Below are positions 23,476-35,964 of a DNA stretch of 64,000 nt, in pieces (the first letter of the stretch is position 1; each line of letters starts with the position of its first letter). The notes under the pieces are model-generated. The model searched no databases. It saw nothing but the letters and a program-made list of their open reading frames with translations, and was not told the DNA's origin. The translations under genes were made by a program, and so were the position numbers. This DNA is from Octopus vulgaris (taxonomy: Eukaryota), in NCBI GenBank assembly GCA_951406725.2, contig OX597838.1, positions 24,676,001 to 24,740,000 on the forward strand, written 5' to 3'.

Positions 23476-23900
23476 ATGGCGGACATTAGAGTAGGTCACA
23501 TGTGTGGGACCAGGGATTGTCCTGGAAGCAAGGTCACTTGCTCAATGACCTCAAGTTGCTAGGTTTGGATGTGATAGCTGCCAGTGGGACCAGGGTTTCT
23601 GATACATGCACACTAGCTCCCATTTTTGACAACTCTGAGATCAATGTATCTCTTAGCCATCCTGGAAAGGGAAGCGGGTTGGTAGTGTTGGATAGAAAAG
23701 GCCTGGATCTTGAGGTATGGATGATTCTCCTGGACCCGGATGGTAAGGTGGTGATTTCAGACTAGTTGCTGAGTATGCCCCAACTGGGGTAAGGTAGCCA
23801 GACTTTTCCAGATGTTTGGCGGTTTTCCTTTGGAGGTCTCACTTTTCATTGCTTGTGGGCGATTGGAACGTCATCTTGGATAGGGAGGGCCAGCTGATAT
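23476..23900 (+). mobile_element. Tx1/L1-clade LINE apurinic endonuclease fragment
   Basis: Frameshifted pieces LLNDLKLLGLDVIAASGT, DPDGKVV, YAPT and LLVGDWNVILD (APE GDxN motif). Confidence 0.75.
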
Positions 23901-24019
23901 GAGAGGAATTGTAATAGTTNNNNNNNNNNNNNNNNNNNNNNNNNNNNNNNNNNNNNNNNNNNNNNNNNNNNNNNNNNNNNNNNNNNNNNNNNNNNNNNNN
24001 NNNNNNNNNNNNNNNNNNN

Positions 24020-24545
24020 GCTTGTGACAGGTTTGTATGTGGAAGAGTCACTTGTGACAGACTTGTATCTGGAAGAGTCAACTGTGACAGGTTTGTATCT
24101 GGAAGAGTCAGCTGTGACAGGTTTGTATCTGGAAGAGTCAGCTGTGACAGGTTTGTGTCTGGAAGAGTCAACTGTGACAGGTTTGTATCTGGAAGAGTCA
24201 GCTGTGACAGATTTGTGTCTGGAAGAGTCAGCTGTGATAGTTTTGTGTCTGGAAGAGTCAGCTGTGACAGGTTTGTATCTGGAAGAGTCAGCTGTGACAG
24301 GTTCATATCTGGAAGAGTCAGCTGTGACAGGTTCATATCTGGAAGAGTCAACTGTGACAGGTTTGTATCTGGAAGAGTCATTTGTGACAGGTTTGTATCT
24401 GGAAGAGTCATTTGTGACAGGTTTGTATCTGGAAGAGTCAACTGCGACAAGTTTGTATCTGGAAGAGTTACTTGTGACTGGCATATCTCTGAAAATGCAT
24501 TTTGTGACAGGTTTATGTCTGGAAGTGTCATTTGTGACAGGCTTA
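24020..24545. repeat. 30-bp tandem repeat, at least 18 units (TGTGACAGGTTTGTATCTGGAAGAGTCAGC)
   Basis: TGTGAC recurs every 30 nt from 24024 to 24534; the array is truncated by the assembly gap. Confidence 0.97.
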
Positions 24546-24681
24546 GTTTTGGATCAGGCATCTGTTGGCTTGCATCGTGTACTGTTGTTTTTCCGTTTCT
24601 GATTTCTGTATTCTTATCAATTGTTTCAGCAGGTAAAGTTGGAAATAATATTTCTGAACCAGAAGATGATGCCACATCCAT
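24020..24681 (-). CDS. SQ-repeat protein first coding exon (ATG 24681; exon acceptor at 24711; runs into the N gap)
   Basis: Acceptor ttttacttgacag|; non-repetitive N-terminus MDVASSSGSEILFPTLPAE precedes in-frame repeats. The exon end is hidden by the gap. Confidence 0.65.
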
Positions 24682-25071
24682 TGTGTTAATTCTGTTGGCA
24701 GAGATTTTAAACTGTCAAGTAAAAGAAATAAAGAAACATTTTTTTTTTCATCATTGCTTTCGAAATGATGAGGGGCGTCTTTTAACAAAAAAAACCCAAA
24801 AAAACTTTGTTGATCCTTAAATTCCAGCAATGGACTACACGTGTTACTTCTGTATCATCCTTCCATAAAATGTATTTATGGGGAGAAAAATATTGAAAAA
24901 CATCAACATATGTGAACAAACGAGGAAGGTGGGATGTGCTAGAAACAAGAGCCAAATCTCCGTTAGATCACACACAGTTTCCTTTAAAAATATTTACATT
25001 TTTTCTTTTTTCGTTTTAGGATTTGGCTTGCAAGATTCTTTATGTGAGTTCGTGTGTTGAAGCATATTCTA

Positions 25072-25205
25072 TTGTGTCTGGGGAGAGTCATTCTCTTTTG
25101 GTGCCTTATAATTTAGAAAAATAAAAAAAAAATAAGTGGAAATTTTACCGGTGGGTGTCTTAAATTATAGGGCATCAAAAAACAATGACTCTCCCCAGAC
25201 ACAAC
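25072..25205. mobile_element. Palindromic MITE; related sequence at ~7004-7140 and 28348-28520
   Basis: TTGTGTCTGGGGAGAGTCATT ... AATGACTCTCCCCAGACACAA inverted arms. Confidence 0.65.
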
Positions 25206-26004
25206 AGAATACATTTCTTTTTCTTTATCGAAAAGGCTTATCTCGTTGTTTTTTAGTTTCAAACTATTTTTCATAAAAAGATGTCCAACGCCCATCATTT
25301 GAAAGGCCGTGGTGAAAAGAAAAATTGGGGAAATACCCGTCAAAACGAACAAAATCCAATTTATGTGGGCTTAATGATCCGAAACTCCGCAAAAATGTGT
25401 GTGAAACCCAGAAGTGAACTTTGGACGAGAAACATTTTGAGAGCCATCAGAAGAAACAAACATGGCTCTCAATAAACATATTGACAATAAGTTTAGAGAT
25501 TACAGATATGAAAGAGATAATACTACAGAACTTCAAAATATAGACACTGAACGACAATAAAATAGTATGAACTAAAAATAACAAAACTTAAAAATGTAAT
25601 ACTTAGCAACTTTGTAGCGTGGAGCTTTCCTTGGGTTTACCGTAAAGCATACGACGTCTTTTTCCGTATCCCGAAGAATTCCGGCTTGGCAGACTCCAAC
25701 ACATGGCAAAAAACAAAATCCTTTTTTTCATATTTTCTTCAATGATAAAGCAATATTTTATCAAACGTTTATACTGATAAAAAAAAAAATTGGCTCAAAT
25801 ATTGGAAATAAAAAAAATTCGTTAAATTTCGATATGACCCATTTATTTTCTTATAACGCGACATATGGCGGGGTTTTAATCTTGCTGGAATTAACCTGAA
25901 TTATATTTGTCCAATAAAAAATAAAAATGAGATATCGATATAATTTGTGGCAGTTAATGATTTATGATCGATATTTTTAATGTTATTCTCTTACGGCGGA
26001 AAAC

Positions 26005-26589
26005 GGGGCTAATGCAGTTTCGCACCTCTCCTTGAAAAATGCATTTTTTTTCGAAATAAAAGTTTTTCAGATTCCTACCTTTTAGACGGAGATTACGAAT
26101 ATCAAAAAAAAAATAACCTCCCCCATGCCCCCACCTCTTTAAAATTTTGAACTTTTTCGAAATTTTTTCCGTTTTAGATGACGGAGATTCCGAAAATGCA
26201 AGAAACCACGTTTTCAAAATTTTCAATAAGCATATAGATTATGTGGGCATACAAAACTTTATAACATGAATTATTAAACATTGATGTTTGTTTCTCATAA
26301 AATGGTGTATATTCAATTTACATTAAATTATTTACGATTAATTTAAGGCAAACAAGTAAAAAGCTAATTCTTTTCACTTTAATGTTTTTGTCTGTATTTA
26401 ATTTCCATTTGCATATGATCGTCAATTCGCTACGATCTCTTTAAAGTAAATAATCAAAAATTTAAAGGGAGGGGAGGGCGAAATAAAAAGAAAATTATTT
26501 TTGCATATTCATAATCTCGTAGGAATTCGAAATATTTTTTTCAAAAAAATGCATTTTTCAAGGAGAGGTGCGAAACTGCCATTAGCCCC
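26005..26589. mobile_element. Non-autonomous DNA transposon with ~45-bp TIRs and 8-bp TSD
   Basis: GGGGCTAATGCAGTTTCGCACCTCTCCTTGAAAAATGCATTTT is inverted at the right end. Flanks are CGGAAAAC (25997-26004) and CGGAAAAT (26590-26597). Confidence 0.8.
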
Positions 26590-27704
26590 CGGAAAATCTT
26601 TCACACATCTCTTTTATTCTTTTACTTGTTTCAGTCATTTGACTGTGGCCATGCTGGAGCACCGCCTTTTAGTCGAGTAAATCGACCCCAGGACTTATTC
26701 TTTGTAAACCTAGTACTTATTCTATCGGTCTCTTTTGCCGAACTGCTAGATTACGGGGACGTAAACACACCAGCATCGGTTGTCAAGCGATGTTGGGGGA
26801 CAAACAGACACACACACATACATATATACGACGGAATTTTTTCAGTTTCCGTCTACCAAATCCACTCACAAGGCTTTGGTAGACGGAAACTGAAAGAGGC
26901 CCGTCGTGTGTATATATATATATGTGAAAAGTCTGGCTGCATCCGAAAAAATATATATTATGATATGTATATATATGGAGTGGCTGTGTGGTAAGTAGCT
27001 TGTTTACCAACCACATGGTACCGGGTTCAGTCCCACTGCGTGGCACCTTGGGCAAGTGTCTTCTACTATAGCCTCGGGCCGACCAAAGCCTTGTGAGTGG
27101 ATTTGGTAGACGGAAACTGAAAGAAGCCCGTTGTATATATGTATATATATGTGTGTGTGTGCGTGTATGTTTGTGTTTGTCCCCCTAGCATTGCTTGACA
27201 ACCGATGCTGGTGTGTTTATGTCCCCGTCACTTAGCGGTTCGGCAAAAGAGACCGATAGAATAAGTTGCTCAATTAAAGGCGGTGCTCCAGCATGGCTGC
27301 AGTCAAATGACTGAAACAAGTAAAAGAGTATAAAAGAGTAAGAGATATATATATATATATATATATATAAAAGGGGTAAAGACCCCCTTCGGTCATGAAT
27401 GACCATGGGATTGCACCTAGAAAGTTACCCTCCTAGACACAAGTCCGGGCAAGGTTGTTTATGGAAGACCAGCAGTTGCCCATGCTAACCAGCCTCCCCT
27501 CTCCACGCCACCAGTGTTATCCAAGGGAAAGACAAAGGTCGATACAGCTTGGCACCTGTGACGTCGCAACTCATTTCTACAGCTGAGGTGAACTGGAGCA
27601 ACGTGAAATAAAGTGCCTTGCTCGAGAACACAACACGCAGCCCAGTCCGGGATTCGAGCTCACAACCTCACATTCGTAAGCTCGACGCTCTAACCACTGA
27701 GCCA

Positions 27705-27744
<40 letters not shown>

Positions 27745-28055
27745 CACATATATACATATATATATATGTATATGTATATATTTGTGTGTCTGTGTTTGTC
27801 CCCCCAACATCCTTGACAACAGATGCTGGTGTGTTTACATTCCCGTAACTTAGCAGTTCAGCAATAGAGACCGATAGAATAAGTACTAAGCTTACAAAGA
27901 CCAAGTCCTGGGATTAATTTGCTCGACTAAAAGTCGGTGCTCCAGCATGGCCACAGTCAAATGACTGAAACAAGTAAAAGAATAAAGGAATATATATATA
28001 TCGTTTGTAGAAAACATAAATCCGAAAGAAAAAGCAGACTGTAAGGTGCAGAGCA

Positions 28056-28340
28056 GTATATATTAAAAATGGGGAAGGGCTTGTTTATGGGATTATCTTA
28101 GGTTTCCCACCCATAAGGGGTTTAACTTTATGGTGTATCATTAGACCTCAAAAACCTGTTGGTCCATGACGTCTGAAAAATATGGAGGGAGGAAATGCCT
28201 CACTTCCACCTCCATATTTTTAAGAGGTTATGGGCCAACAGGTTTTTGGGATCTGATGATATGCCATAAAGCTAAACTCTTTATGGATGGGAAACCTAAG
28301 GGAATCCCATAAACTGGCATTCTCCATTTTTAATATATAT
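28056..28340. repeat. Foldback inverted repeat with ~140-bp arms and a 3-nt loop
   Basis: The arms align end to end as reverse complements around CCT at ~28198-28200. Confidence 0.95.
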
Positions 28341-28609
28341 ATGCAGTTGTGTTTGGAGAGAGTCATTTTCTTTTTGTGCCTTATAATTTAACACACTCAC
28401 CAGTAAAATTTCCACTTATTTCCTATTTTTATTTTCCTAAAATTTTCGTTGCGTCTTGCAACCTTTTCAATAGTCTTGACTCATAAGGCACAAAAAGAAA
28501 ATGACTACCCAGACACAACAAACTACGCTTCATCACATGAACTCACATAAGGAATCTTGCAAACCAAATCCCAAAATGAAATATATATATATATATATAT
28601 ATATAAATT

Positions 28610-28790
28610 AGAGAAAACTACTATTATGCAATTCAAACAATGATAGACGTAAATCATAATACTGTTTATTTATTATTATGTACTTTATTGTGATTTAGGT
28701 AAATGCTTTATCATATATTTATTTTTTCTATGTGGTATGATTTACGTCTATCATTGTTTGAATTACATAATAGTGGTTTTTCTCTATATA
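28610..28790. mobile_element. MITE/inverted repeat inserted in (TA)n
   Basis: AGAGAAAACTACTATTATGCAATTCAAACAATGATAGACGTAAATCATA and its reverse complement. Confidence 0.75.
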
Positions 28791-30106
28791 TATCTCTATA
28801 TATGTATATATATATATATATTTATATTGTGAAGTTTGATTTAATACTAAATTGAATTTTTCCCTGTAAGTTTGGATTTATACTCCCTAATATTATATAT
28901 ATATATATTTTAGTCAGAGGAGAGATATAATATTTTGGCTGATACTGAATTCCTCTTAGTGAAAAGCCAAGGCTGGTTCCTTTTGATGGTGCATTTTTTT
29001 GTTATATGACATTGCACAAAATGACTTTTTTTTTTTTTTTTTTTACACACCTGAAAATATTAACTGCTAATTCTTCTGGATTTTGCAAAAACAGCTTACC
29101 CTGACACATGGCATTTATCTTTAAATTTCAAAAATTACTAATGAATTTTCTGCAAAACAATGTCTGTGCTCATGATTCTCATTTACCTGGTGTGACGTGT
29201 GTAACAAAAATAGAAGTGAGATTTTCAAGACAAAATATTTTCTGTGTTTCCCAAATAGTGTAGATCTGGAAGAAATTGTCCCAATATCAATATCTGTTTG
29301 AAAATGAAGCATTTCAACATACATTTACAGGTATATAATGATTTGTCTTGTGGGTATTCTAGAAATTTTCGAAAACCTGTTTTGGTTTAACATTCATAAG
29401 AACGGCCCCATTTTGTCTTACTATGGTTGACTTTATATTACTGAGATCCAGAAGGTTGCAAGGTCAAACAACAACGAAGTCTTGAGACACATTCTAATTG
29501 ATTGTCCTGCCCACTCCTCCCTAAATTTGTGAAGCCATGTTTGTGTAAGACAGCAGTTCTCAACTGGGGTCCATAAAAGACTTTGTTGTTTATGAGTAAT
29601 AAGTTGCTTATAGTTTTACAATACACAAAGTAGTGTTTTCTTTTATACGTTTCAGTCATTTTAACTGCAGCCATGCTGGAGCACCATCTTAAAGGGTTTT
29701 AGTTGAAGAAATCGACCCCAGGACTTCTTTATAAATCTAGTACTTATTCTATCGGTCTCTTTTGCTATAAAGACACCAAGTAATGGTGAGGGGACAAACA
29801 CAGACACAAATATATATATTTAGACAGGCTTCTTTCAGTTTCCACCTACCAAATCCACTCAAGACATTTGTGGAAGGTGTCGTGCAGTGGAACTGAACCT
29901 GGCATTATGTGGTTGGGAAGCAAGCTTTTTACCACACACCCACAATTCCTAATGTTTAATAATAAAAATACAAGAGGATTTTTTAAAACCTCAAATGGCT
30001 AGGAGGGTCCATTTGAGTAATATAAGAATCAAAGGGTCCATAGATAAAAAAAAAATACAGTTGAGGACCACTGGTTTAAGAAGTCCTGATTATTATTTGT
30101 ATTAAA

Positions 30107-30330
30107 GAAGGCGGTGAGGTGGCAGAATCGTTAGCACACCAGGCAAAATGCATAGCGGTATTTCGCCTGTTGTTACGTTCTGAGTTCAAATTGCACTGAG
30201 GTCGACTTTGCCTTTCATCCTTTCAGGGTTGATAAATTAAGTACCAGTTGAGTACTGGGGTCAATGTAATTGACTATCTTGCTCCCACCAAATTTCAGGC
30301 CTTGTGCCTATAGTAGAAAGGATTATTAAA
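30107..30330 (+). mobile_element. tRNA-derived SINE family C with central GCCTTTCATCCTTTCGGGGTCGATAAA..AGTACC domain (MetaSINE/Nin-like; naming uncertain)
   Basis: A/B boxes and a conserved central domain. Copies at ~18845-18990, 40745-41540(-), 54587-54810. Confidence 0.7.
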
Positions 30331-30597
30331 GTGCTGAGCTAGCAAAATTGTTAGCATGCTGAACAAAATGCCTAGTGGTATCTCTTCTGGGTTCAAATAC
30401 TGCCAAAGTTGACTTTCTTTTCAAGGCTGATAAAATACAAATGAGGTGATGAAAAGTTCATGGCTTTAAGGGTATTGCAAAAGACCTTTTTGGAGGCCCA
30501 ACCTTCTGAGTTCTTTTACAGGGCTTAGAAAAAACTGAAGCACTGTTGCAATAAGTGTGTGAATCTGAGAGGGGAATATGTTGAGTGAAACCATAAT

Positions 30598-30923
30598 TAA
30601 CTGATACCCTTATTTACATTTGACGGATATTTGTCTTCATCTTGTTTGTTGTTAACACAATGTTTCGGCTGATATACTCTCCAGCCTATTTCAGGTGCCC
30701 TGGGAAATTTCGCACCTGGGTTCTCATTCCTAAGATACTTTTCGATATTATTATTCTTCAGGTCATTGCCTGGAATCAAACTCGGAATCTTGGGGTTAAT
30801 AGCCCGCACTCTTAACCACCACACCATATGCCTGTGGGCATAACAACAAACAAGATGAAGACAAATATCCATCAAATGTAAATAATTCCTCATCTCTCAA
30901 ATATAGAACTGTAACTGATACCC
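30598..30923 (-). mobile_element. Penelope-like element remnant with inverted terminal segment and TSD TAACTGATACCC
   Basis: 30610-30655 is the reverse complement of 30841-30884. A 12-bp direct repeat flanks both ends. A hammerhead-like core lies at ~30660-30695 (-). Confidence 0.6.
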
Positions 30924-33900
30924 CTTTTTTTTTTTTACTCAGAACCAGGGACTTTTCAGCACTCCCTTGTAAATACTAGTTGAACCCTGGGGGTTGATGT
31001 AATTGACAAGCTGCATTCCCCTAAATTTCATGCCTTGTGCTTACAGTTGAAAGTATTATTATCTGATTGTGGCCGTTGTCAGTGCCACCCCAACTGGCCT
31101 CCGTGCTGGTGGCATGTAAAAAGCACCATCCGACCGTGGCCATTTGCCAGCCCCGTCTGGCACGTAAAAAGCACCTACTACACTCACAGGGTGGTTGGCG
31201 CTAGGAAGGGCATCCAGCTGTAGAAACATTGCCAGATCAGACTGGGCCTGGTGTAGCCTGGCTTCCCAGACCCCAGTTGAACCGTCCAACCCATGTTAGC
31301 ATGGAAAGTGGATGCTAAATGATGATGATGATCATCATCATCATCATCAAGTTGGCAAAATTAAGCATGCCAGGCAAAAATACTTAGTGGCATTTTGTCT
31401 GTCTTTACATTCAGAGTTCAATTGCTGCCAAGGTTGACTTATGTCTTTCATCTGCTTTTGGGGTTGATAAAATAAGTACTAGTTGAGACCTGGAGCAGGG
31501 TCGATGTAACTGACTTATCCCCTCTTTGCAAAATTCTGGCCGTGTGCCTGCAGTAGAAAGGATGATTATTACCATCAGGACAGTAAAGTAAAGATGGTGA
31601 TGACAGCAGATTAGTTAACCCTTTTGTTACCAACCCGGTTGAAACTGGCTCTGAGTACAAATGCCTTGTTTTCATAAGTTCTGAATTAAAATCTTCCACC
31701 AAACCTTAGTCACAATTTATGTTCCTAACACTAACTGAATGATCACTAAGTTATTTTACTAAATTCTTTGTTATATTTAAAGTAATTGAAAGAAACACAG
31801 AGCATCTGAAAATAAATACAGTAATGAAAGGGTTAATCCTTTAATGTATGAAATTTAATCCCCCCTCCCCCCATCTCTATTATTTACAGGTGCATGTCAA
31901 TGTCAGAATTGTTTGCATGTTTTCTTTACTTCGGTCATTAGACTGCGGCCATGCTGCAGCACAGCCTTGAGGAATTTAGTTGAATGAATCAACTTAGTAC
32001 TTTTCTTTTTGAGCCTGATACTTTATCAGTCTCATTTGCTGAACTGCTAAGTTACAGAGACATAAACACGTGGAGGTGGAGTATCATCGCAGACACAAAA
32101 ACACACAGACACATACATTTATGATGGGCTTCTTTCAGTTTCCATCAACAAAATCCACTCACAAGAGTCTGGTTGGCCCGAGGTTATAGAAGACACTCGC
32201 CTAAGGTGCCACACAGTCGGACTGAACCTGGGACCATGTAGTTAAAAAGCTACCTTCTTACCACACAGCCACACCTAGGGCTTTTTACGTGTACATGTTG
32301 TTTCTTCAAATTACATCAAGACCAAGTTTGGTTTTCAGTCTTCCAAGGGGAAGGTAGTAATAAAAAATAAAAAGTACCAGTTGTGGCAGAGTACCGGAGA
32401 CAGCTGATTGGTTGACAAAATCATGTGACTGCTCCTCACCCTATCATTTTTTTTTTTTTTTGATGTGAGGATTCATCACAACTCATTTCTAAACAGAAAC
32501 ATTTAGCCCCACCTTTGCCTTGAATAAACAAATAAAGAGAAAACAAGAAGTATATAAATAAATAAATAAATAAATTTTTAAAAATTAAAAATAAAGATAA
32601 AAAAACATTTTTAAAACATGTTTTATTTATTTATATTTGATGACACCAGTATCTGGGTCCATTTGGTTTTAAAAGTTAGCATGCCATCAAATACAGGTAA
32701 AAGTTGTATAGATGTGTGTATGTATATATATATATATACATAAATATATATATATATACCTACATAGATATATAACAATTCACCTGCATACATTTGTTAT
32801 TTTAGATAATTATGAATTAGAATACAAACAATGTCATTGCTTACATTTAGGTTTGAAGGGGTGTGTGTATGCTTGTGTGTAAGTATGGATGGTTGGAAGT
32901 GTGTGTGCATGCATATTTGTTGTGTCAGTTAGTCTTTAAGAAAGGATTAAAATGGAAGATGGCTGAATAATAATAATAATAATAATAATAATGATGATTT
33001 GTTACAAAATAATAATTGTATAATAATCATTCATAATTAGGAACAGCCGAAGTAAAAAAAAAAAAATTAAAACAAAAACAAAAAAACTACTAGCACTATC
33101 GTTCTTTCCAGAAAATTTCAGCGGATAGATGTTAGTAAGATGTTTTGTTTTTCAGAGAATTTGGTTCAGTCACATCAAGTGGTACCTCAGGGGTGTTTAG
33201 TGTAGCTTCAGTTTTGACTAACACCCCGTGTTTGATAGATGGAAAGCATACAGAGGAACCACTAGGAATTCTTTTACTGGTTTTAACCCATGGACTATGA
33301 CCATACTGTAGCTCTGTCATCAAAGCATTTAATAGATCATATTGAGTTCAGTACCTATTTCAGTCTGGTAATCATTTTATCAATATTCATTTGTCAAACT
33401 GCTTAGTGTTGTTACAAGACATAAAGAGACAAATATGCCACACTGGTTTCTAGACTGGTGTAAATAGATAGATGCAAGATGCGTGCACACACACACACAC
33501 ACACACACTTCTGCAGTGCTTGTCTACCAAATTGCACGCAAAATATTGAAAAAGAATTTACCTGAATACATAAAAATATACACTTAGTCTTGCCCTGCCT
33601 ATAGATCCTCATGGTTGCACAACAGGGCTTCTTTTTGTGGAAAAAAAAAAAAACAGTTTCACAGGTCATTACAGCTCATCAGGAACTACGACTACTAGTA
33701 AAATAAATGCAATGAACTTGTAGTCTATTGTAACTTCTATACTTGCATACTAGCCTGAATTTTGACATTGCTGGTTACTGTTTATTTTAACTTTCTACAC
33801 ACACACAAAATATGAACATTTTTGTTATAGACCAAAATTTTATATGCTCTAAAATCAATTATATTTTATTTAATCAAATTAAATCAATTGTTTGCAAAAC

Positions 33901-35746
33901 AACAATATTCCTTATACTAGGCAAAGTGCTAAGTCAGCAAATTTTCACCAAAAATTTAAATGCTAGTCTTTATTAAAAAGAGAATCTTGCACAGCCCGAA
34001 TAGAACTCCTAAGATTTATCAGCAGAACAGAAGCAGCAGTAAGCTATGCTTTGTCCAAAGATAGAATGAAGTAGATAATTCTAACGAGCTGTTAACGATT
34101 GGTAAAACTAGTGCGAGTTATTCTTCAAACCCATTTGCAATGAGGAGTAGGAGAGAAACCCACGGTTTCCTCAAGAGTCTATTAACACAGCAAGACTAAA
34201 TGTATATCTATCAAATGTACTTGTGTATATTTAGTTTTGAAATTATCCACAAGCACTCATATATACATACATACACACACAAGTGTGAGTACTGGCACAG
34301 TACAGACAAAAACCCATGCGAAAAAAAAAAAAAAACCTTTTCTTTTGTTTCGCTGGAGTTATGTCCCTTGGTGCCACACTTGACTTTTCTCTCGTCCTAT
34401 CACAAACCATTCAATATCTTCATAAATTTGTTATATTTAACCTTTAAGACAACAAGCAAAATTGTTCCAGTGTTATAGCAATAGAATGGTGGGTTTCTTA
34501 CAAGTCGTAAGGTAGCAATCCAACACAATATATGCAAAATAATACACCAGATTTATTTATTTATTTATTATTATTTTTTTTTAAAAGTTTAATGAGGATG
34601 AATCTCTTATTTGTGAAGAGAAAATAATGTAAGAGGACAGCAACATTGAAGATTAAGATTTAGAAACAAGACAAATTCCAAGATCACCCAGCTCCCTACC
34701 CCTCCTCTGCACACAAACATTTGGAAGTTTTTTTGTTTTTTTTTATGAATGCAACTAAAAAAAAAATTCTGGGGAAAGATTCGCCAACAGAAAAAAAAAA
34801 AAGAAATTTTGGATAATAATAATGATAATAGTCATAAATTTTGACACAAGGCCAGTAATTTCGAGGGAGCCATTGAACCCCAGTAGTCAACTGGTAACTA
34901 CTTTGGCCCCTCAAATTGATGAATGGCAAAGTCAACCTCAGTGGAATTTGAACTCAGAACAAAGACAAATGAAATGTCGTTAAGCATTTTGCCAGCATGC
35001 CACTTTAATAAGGATTTCAAATTTTGGCACAAGGCCAGGAATTTGGGGTGGGTGGGATAAGTCAATTACATCAACCCCAGTGCTCAACTGGTTCTTATTT
35101 TATTAACCTGGAAAGGTAAAGTCAACCATGGCCGCATTTAGATAATAATAATAATAATAATGGCTTCAAATTTTGGCACAAGGCCAGCAAATTTAGGTGA
35201 GAGGGCTAGCCGATTAGATTACCCCAGTATTAGACTGGTACTCATTTCATCAATCCCAAAAGGCAAAATCAACCACAATGCAATTTAAACTTGGAGATTA
35301 TAAGAAATACCACTAAGCATCTGATTCTTCCAGCTTGCTGCCTTAATACTAGTAAAGAATTGACAAAGAGGAGGGAAAGAAAAGAGAGAATGTTTATACC
35401 ATTAAAGGAATCAATTTAATAATCATAAGATGGGTTGGGGGAATGTTGCAGATAAAAGAAAATTAGAAAGCAATGACTTAAGCATACATAAATTAAGTTT
35501 GTGATTGTTGGTATGGCTGTGAATAGTATAATAACACATCCTTTTGATATATATATATGTATGTGTATATATATATATATTTTCATTCAATAAGCAAAAA
35601 GCTGATGTAATTTTTAAACTTTTATTAATTTTTCTGGATTTTTTTTACAGAAAGAAAAGAAGCTTTATGTAAAATTTTTGAAGCAAGCAACAATCTTTTT
35701 CACATTTTTCCCTTTTTTTTTCTCTTGTATCTCATATATAAACTTC

Positions 35747-35964
35747 CAAGAGATGACTAGCTACGTATCCCAAGAGTAGCCTGCTCTGAGAGCAGGTAGA
35801 GTCAGAGATGACAAGCCAAGTATCCCGTAAATGGCCCACAAGAGCAAGTAGAGTTCGAGAGATAACAAGCCCAGTATCTCAAGTGTGCACCTCCCCACCA
35901 AGAGCAGCTAGTGTTAGAGACAATAAGCCAGTTATCTCAAGAGTGGCCCCCAAGAGCAGACAGA
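35747..35964. repeat. Degenerate ~52-bp tandem repeat, 4 units
   Basis: Recurrent GAGATGACAAGCC.AGTATC(C/T)C.AG...CAAGAGCAG.TAG. Confidence 0.8.

Noticed and set aside
24020-24545. Regular 30-bp repeat array as a CRISPR
   Set aside because: The units are contiguous with no unique spacers and no cas genes, in a eukaryotic context.
23846-24820. Alternative-frame ORFs over the 30-bp repeat (VTGLYLEES, SGRVSCDRF, DSSRYKPVT)
   Set aside because: They are open only because the repeat lacks stops. The LSQxTLPD frame is preferred for its acceptor, ATG, unique N-terminus and orientation matching the downstream exons, though this is not proven.
25604-25732. MKKRILFFAMCWSL...GYGKRRR as a signal peptide or neuropeptide exon of the SQ-repeat gene
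   Set aside because: It ends in a stop, and no phase-0 donor in this frame joins the 24711 exon. Treated as a possible uORF.
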